From the human T2T-CHM13v2.0 reference genome, Homo sapiens: DNA of 64,000 bases. Within the stretch, counting starts at the first letter, position 1; every line of letters begins with the position of its first letter. The notes below the pieces were generated by a model. That model had not been told where the DNA came from and searched no databases. It saw only the letters and a program-made list of their open reading frames with translations. The stretch lies in assembly GCF_009914755.1 (NCBI RefSeq), contig NC_060927.1, one strand, 5' to 3'. A program made the position numbers and the translations under genes. Shown piece after piece: positions 57,033-64,000 of the stretch.

Positions 57033-58997
57033 CAGAGGCAACTGAAATTCCAAATGTCCTTAATTCTAAGTAGATTATATTTTATTTATTTCTGCAATGT
57101 TCTGTATATACTAAGATTGCAAATATATAATGCTTTAATATTTAAAAGAGAATTGACAAAGAGCTTGTCTTTTGTTTCTTTATAGAAATACCTACTTGGT
57201 ATGTATTTATAACCAATTCGGGTTAAAGATTTAAAAACCTTTCTTAAATTAAAGTGTTAATTGGGAAAAATAAGCCTCACTAATAAAGCACTCTGTTAAT
57301 GATTAACTCATCCTAAGTTATCTACACTGAGAGAAAAGAAATAATAGCTAAGTACTGTTTTGGAGTAAATTTACTCATTTTATATCCCAAATCTTGCAAC
57401 TATTTCATATCTCCAATCTGCATTATCAGACCTCCTAAATTTGGATGGACTTCCCATGGGTTCAAGTCCTACATGGAGATTTCATTAAAAACACAACTAT
57501 AATACTTAAATTCCTTTGCTAATAGATGTCAACCAAAATCTGTATAGGTGTTGTAAATCTACCTTTCATTGTGTATGTCACTGTAATTAAAATATCAGTT
57601 TGCCTTGTCTCACTTACATAATATATTGACTATATTATTGACTCAATTTCAGGAACTTTCTATATATGGTAAAAGGTTGGAATAGCAAATATTAGGAAAA
57701 AAAGAATGAGATTTTTATTGTAATTGTGTTCTTGGGCACAAACTAAACTTTTGCATTTGTTAAGACTGATATTTCAGACATGACTCATAGTCAATATGAT
57801 GTCTGATACTGATTTCCTTTATATTTAGTTCTTAATTTCACTGTCATCCCAGTTATTAATTGTGACTTAAATCAATCCCTAAGCTCTCACAAAATTTGGA
57901 GATAAAGTTTTAACTTTTAAAAATTGTTTCATAAGAGATTAAAAACACATTCTTGCAGTAATCCAAATGTCTCACATAAATGACAATTGGTGTCTATTTG
58001 TAGCAATAGGTACTACTCTTAAATCCACCTTGTAAATTACAGGCTCACTATTTCATTAAGTGGTGTATATCCTCAGTATCTAGCACAGAGTCTTACATGC
58101 AAAATACTTACTCAACAGGAAAAGCACAGAAAAGCCACATTAAAACAGTGTTACAGGGGCAAGGGCAACTTAACACAGAAGCTATTATCACATCCTTAGG
58201 AGAAACTCCCAGATGAGTAGCAGAAAATCTTGATTCTATTAGTTTTGCCGCTTTCAAGATGTATAGCCACGGTTGAATCTCTAACTCTTCAAGGCTACAG
58301 TGTCCTTGTGTAAACAGAGAAGAACTCAGAGAGGTGACTCACAGAGGGCTCTTTCATTCTAAAATTTTATGACTTCTGAAATTCGGAGGCATTTTACATG
58401 TGTAACGTTATTTCCAATGCATGATAAATTTAACTGAGCATATTGAGCTATACAGGTTTTAAGTAGTCAAAAACTCTACACCTAATTGCTGATGGTGGCA
58501 AAGACTTAATTCAATAATTCAGTAGTTAGCTGAATTGTATATTCAAATATAAGCCTACCTTGACTATTTTTTAATGTCAGCTTTGATTTTATTAAGTATG
58601 AGAAAGCTCTTCATGCTAATTAAGTTAAATACATAAGATCATTAAAACTCACTCAATGGTGGCATAAATATAGAGAGTTTTAAAAATTATCCAAGACATG
58701 TCTCTATAACTTTGGGTACAACTAATAATGTCATAATAAAAACTGGATAAGAAGAAATCCTGCTAATTTGTGTGAGGCACAATATTAGAAAAGATTCTTA
58801 GCCAAAATAGAAGATTGACAGTAGCTAAGGTGGAAGGCAAATGGACCTGCCAAGAATATCTCAGTTAACACTGACATTCTTAGTAAAAGTATTTCAAATT
58901 GTTGTTCATATATGATAGGATGGTTAAAAGCAAAGAGATACCCAAATAAGGCTGAGAATTGTAGTTTACATATAAAAATGTAATGGGTTTAAAATTT

Positions 58998-59303
<306 letters not shown>

Positions 59304-60452
59304 TTTAATACCATCCACATAATTAATTCAAAAACCAAACATAGCTGTAAAAATTAAATGGAGCTTTTGTAAGCAATAAAATTTGCTCATAATTTTAATT
59401 GCTATGGAAAAGGCTACATTTAAAAAATCCTCAGAGAAATCTTAGGATTTATTCTCAGAATGATATTAAATGTACATGTTTGATTTATTTTCTTCACATT
59501 GACACTTTGAACAAAGTTTTTGTGAAGTCTGAGAAAAGGGAATTAAAATAGCTGTATTATATCAGGAGACAGGCAACAGCTATGTGAGCTACCTGGTACG
59601 GAACATGGGGTTCACGAATCATACAAGGAGAATATAAAAGAAAAAAAGTATAAAGAGGTGCAGAATCCTGAGTGTAAAACCAGCTTGATTAAGATAATCT
59701 CTAAGGAATGCCATATTGAGCTGTATATTAATGGGGGTATTGTATTCAAATTCTCTACAATTCGAATTATAGAAAGGACCTAGAAGTCCACCATCATTTT
59801 ATAAATGATGCAAGGTCAGATAAATTACCTAACATCACTAAATAATTAATGCAAAGTTCAAACTGTATCTCAAGACTTCCAATTCTTAGTGTAATGTTCT
59901 GCTTTCATTTGTCATGCCTCATATTTTTAAAGATATAATATATAAAGGATTCTTTTACAAATTGCTAAGCCATTTAAAACATGTTTCCTTTGGTAGAGCA
60001 AAGATGGTATCAGTAATTTCATCTGAAGATATTATTTCCCTTCACAAAACTACCAAAATAAACTTTAAACGCATAAATTGTAAATATAAAAAAATTTATG
60101 ATAGATGAGTTAAAATGAATTGTAATTTTATCATTATATACTTGATATTTAGAGTAAATCTAACACCTTAAATCTGTCTGGGAAGATTTCAAACAGGAAA
60201 GGTTTGAATCATTGGTTTGGTAAAATAATGTTTATATTTCTCACTATACTTTTCTAAAATATTGGGAATCAGGAACCAAAGAGTATCACTTAAACGTACT
60301 CAAACACATAGACCTGCCTTAATTAAGTAAATGGAAATAGATACCTAAATTCATCAAAATACTATCTAGCTTTTCTTATATACCAAGAATATTTCAGCTT
60401 TCACACAGCTATCCTATTTGTTCAAATTCAATCCCATTGTTCCTCTCTACTT

Positions 60453-60635
60453 CAATTGTTTTCAAAGGTTAGTTGCACTAGAGTCATCTGGTTAAAACCA
60501 AAGTACCAGCCTCAAACTCAGAGTTTCAGATGTATAACAGTAAGTAGGAGATGGAGCCGGTGATGAGCATTTCTAACAAATTCCTTGGTGTTGCTACTAC
60601 TGGTGGTCTGATGAAGACAGCTTTGAGAACCACTG
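60453..60635. mobile_element. MER5A-like hAT DNA transposon
   Basis: 'gcatttctaacaa...ctttgagaaccactg' terminus and degenerate 'caattgttttcaaa' left TIR. Confidence 0.7.
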
Positions 60636-62195
60636 CTCCACTCTGCCTAGTTCATTTGTGTTTTAATCTACATTATTACCTAAAATTAAGCATTCATATA
60701 ATTCCCAATATACATTTTCCTATAGTTTTATTTCCAACTTGGGGTGGGAGAACTTCACCTGTATGGATATCATATCCATTCCCTTCTATTATTTAAAACC
60801 ATGCTATGCTTCAACCTATTAAAACAATAATTTTTAGATCTCAGTTCCATATGATTTTAATCTAGATTTCTTATGCCAGTATAAGGCTATTTCTTTATTT
60901 AAATTCACCTGTAGATGAAAAATAACTGTGCTTTTACTTTATTAACAATAAATCTCAAATATGAAATAATTGATATGAAGTAGGTAATTGAGCCTTTCCT
61001 CAAAAATTCTCTTATGAACAAACACTTATTGCAGGTCTTGATGAAAGAGTTCAAAATTGGTGAGTTGTGAAGGACAGCCTGCTGGGTACAGTGGGAACTA
61101 TTCAATCACCTTAGTTTTTCTTCTCCAGCCTTCAAATTATCAGAGATTTCACTTGTTAACTTGTTCTCCCTTTGACCCCATTTTGCTCTTCACATTCTAA
61201 TTGAAATGTGGAACCAAAAAATGGATTCACAGAGAGTGAAATATATTTTGAGTTTGTACATTCACTAAAATATATATAGTGCAAAGCATGTGTGTTCAGC
61301 TTCTGTAGAACTCTTGTGAAGGCAATGATATTCTCTCTTATATAACTCTTCCTCAAATGTAGTTTTTATATATTATTAAATCAAATCATTAAGCATTTAA
61401 TATTACACAATTGCCTACAGAAATGGAATTGCCAGAGAATGAAATTAAATATTTGTAGATATGTTGAAATCTGTATGAGAACGTCAGTAGCTGAAATAAT
61501 AGCAGTAAATGTCATGATAAAGATAGTACCATGGGCATCTCTGAGTTCCTGGGACTTTGAAGAACAAAGAAAAGCTCATATTCATTGATGAGTTATAAAA
61601 CTTACTAGAGGATTTCTAAAGTCAATTCTGATTATTATAAATGCACAGGTATATTTTGATTTAATGAGAAGTATATTATTCTTAATGAACAGCTTTTAAA
61701 ATTCAGGTTATCCTTGCTTTAGTACTGAAGTTCTAAGAACTTTGTCACTGAAATTTTAAAGAACTTTTTGTGTTTTACATTATAGTTCTTAAATATAATG
61801 TGGTAAATTTTCCAGCATTCCATTTGGAAATAAAAGTTAGTAACTGTAACTCCATTATAAGATTAAACAAACATAATTTATCCTGGACATTATTAATTGA
61901 TTTAATAACTTATTTAAAAAGTTGCATGAATATTTGCCATACACTATATAGCTACTAAATGCTTTTTAGAAGTATATTACTTTTTAAAAATATCTCATTA
62001 AAACAATTATCATAGCTTGATTTGTATTATAGTTACATACTGTCAACTTTCCCACCAAAGGGCGTGTTCCTAAAGGGCAGAGCTGTATTACTTCTACATG
62101 TATAAAAAAATACTTCATGCAAAGCCTTACACATAGAATGAATGTAAGGGAAGGGTAACTATCTTTTACAGGGTGCCTACTCTAGGCTAAATACT

Positions 62196-62580
62196 GTATA
62201 TGTTTATTGTATTGGCTACGACTCTACATAACAAACCATCTCAAAACTTAGTGGTTTGAAACAATAACAATTTATTATTTATGTACAGTTCTGTGAATTT
62301 TTCTGGACTGAGCTGCCTTCAGTGAGTCTGAACAATAGTGTGAACTCCCTCACGTATCTGTGCCTTTGGCTAAAATGACTAAAATTCTGGGCTATCCAGG
62401 CACTCTATCCACTGGGCCTCTCTCCACGTGTACTCGTATCATCTAGGAGGTTAGCCCTAGCTTCTTCATGCAGACTCCTATTTACATCATATTTGCTGAT
62501 TTTTTTGCCCAAATCAAGTCATAAGTTGTTATGGGTTGAATTTTGTCCCTCCAAAAATATGTGCTGAATCCTAATCTTAT
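62196..62580. mobile_element. MLT1 LTR fragments (old MLT1 antisense, then 5' tip of an MLT1A/B-like LTR)
   Basis: 'ataacaaaccatctcaaaacttagtggtttgaaacaataaca'; 'tgttatgggttgaattttgtccctccaaaa'. Confidence 0.7.
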
Positions 62581-62714
62581 TGAAAGATTCTACTTGGGCT
62601 TATGAAGAAGCTATAATCAAGGGAAATAATCACTGATAAAAATACAGCCTCTCACATGTTACCAATCACCTGCATAGCTGTTTTTACTTTATTTTTTCCT
62701 TTTTTAAAAATATA

Positions 62715-62930
62715 ATGATGGTGACACTACCTTACACATAAGAGGTGCTTATTATGTGCCAGGTATTCTTCTAAACATGTGACACATTGTATCTGATTTA
62801 GTCCTCCTAGGCGTTATAGTAGGATGTGAAAACTGAGACCCAGAGATATGGAGTAATGTATTCATGGTCACTAAATTAGTAAATGGTTACATTTGACTAA
62901 GTACTCTTTATTATCATTTAATGCTCTCTC
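62715..62930 (-). mobile_element. MIR fragment
   Basis: 'gtgcttattatgtgccaggtattcttctaa', 'aaactgagacccagaga', 'ggtcactaaattagtaaatgg'. Confidence 0.65.
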
Positions 62931-64000
62931 CTTTAATTAATTATAAACCTTAGAATTTGAAACTTGTAGTCTTAACATTTTTTAAATGGGTTGAAAATTA
63001 TAAATGTCACAGGAAAGTATTTCTTTTGTAATGTATTTTATATTATCCAACTAAAAAGACTTGAGGAAGAGTAAAAACAGAGACCAAAACAAAACTTCCT
63101 TCATGCTCTTGCTATACTAAAGCAGTACAAACAGTTACCAGTGTAATATCTTAGCTGTTTATTAAATAAGAGAAATTGAATTTTGCCTCTTGGCCCTTGC
63201 AAATTGCATTTCACTTTGCACAGGGAACACGTCATAGTGTGCATTTAAGATCAGATTCAGAGGGACATACAGTATTTATTTGTGAGCAATATGTTACTTT
63301 TACATTAAAAAATTCAATAATGTTTTTACAATAAAATATTATAAAGTTGTAAGAAAATGCATTTCAGTTGAACTGACATGTGTTTAATGCTCCTAGTCTT
63401 GACAGTTTCAGAGATTTAAACACAAAAATTTAAAAGAATATTCCTTGAGAAGTTAGTAGATATCCTTCATACCAAGAAAGAATATCATATGTCAATAACA
63501 TGAAGGCTTACATAATTGCTTTCTCTGTACTAGTTATGAAATTTTAGAAGTTTGCTTTGTTTAATATTTTGGCCTAAATTATATTACTGATTTTTGGATA
63601 GATAATGAACACAGTGAATATTTTGAATAATAAAAACAGAGGCACAGATGTAAGTCTTTTTTCCTCCATCACCACATGCCTCTCAGATTTCCTCTTTAGA
63701 GATAACTACAGTTTCCAGTTTCTTGTGTATCCCTGGAGAGTTATTTCATGCAAATACAAGCAGTATTAAAAGATTTAAAGTGGATATTCTGTCATGTCAA
63801 GGAAAGGAAACACATTTAATAGCATATAGATTTTCATAATTATGTTCTTTCTTCCAAATATTGGTTTTAAGTGTTCCCTTTAGTAAAAGTAAATTGTATG
63901 ATGTATTTCTTAGTCTCAGGTTTCTTGGGTAATATTGAAATTATTAAGATATCTATGAGTACATGTATTCTAAAATATTTCAGTGGGTTTTATATTTTCA

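Noticed and set aside
61023-61065. 25-nt exon-like segment (ttattgcag|...ttg|gtgagt)
   Set aside because: Weak pyrimidine tract, no partner exons or protein similarity; expected by chance in 64 kb.

Overview
AT-rich, repeat-dominated primate genomic DNA, almost certainly human because it carries two AluYb8 copies with the diagnostic 7-bp insertion. No host protein-coding exon, RNA gene or CpG-island promoter can be supported, and all long ORFs are LINE-1 ORF1/ORF2/ORF0 pieces or chance Alu/LTR read-throughs. The window is a layered record of retrotransposition: a near full-length L1MA2/3, two twin-primed (5'-inverted) L1PA insertions, an L1PA13-16 interrupted by an Alu and a MER52 LTR, a full-length L1PA2-like element, a full-length L1PA7 damaged by a younger L1 insertion, ERVL pol remnants, MaLR/ERV1 solo LTRs and ten Alus. 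The best observations are: (1) a ~108-bp 3' transduction inside the TSDs of the full-length L1PA2-like element, which tags its source locus; (2) an intact 71-aa ORF0 with both splice donors in that element; (3) an L1-insertion-associated ~0.93-kb deletion; (4) a 36-bp recent local templated copy. These are instances of known mechanisms; I found no evidence of a new multi-gene biological system. Subfamily names come from recalled consensus diagnostics and boundaries of old repeats are approximate, so RepeatMasker/Dfam should confirm them.
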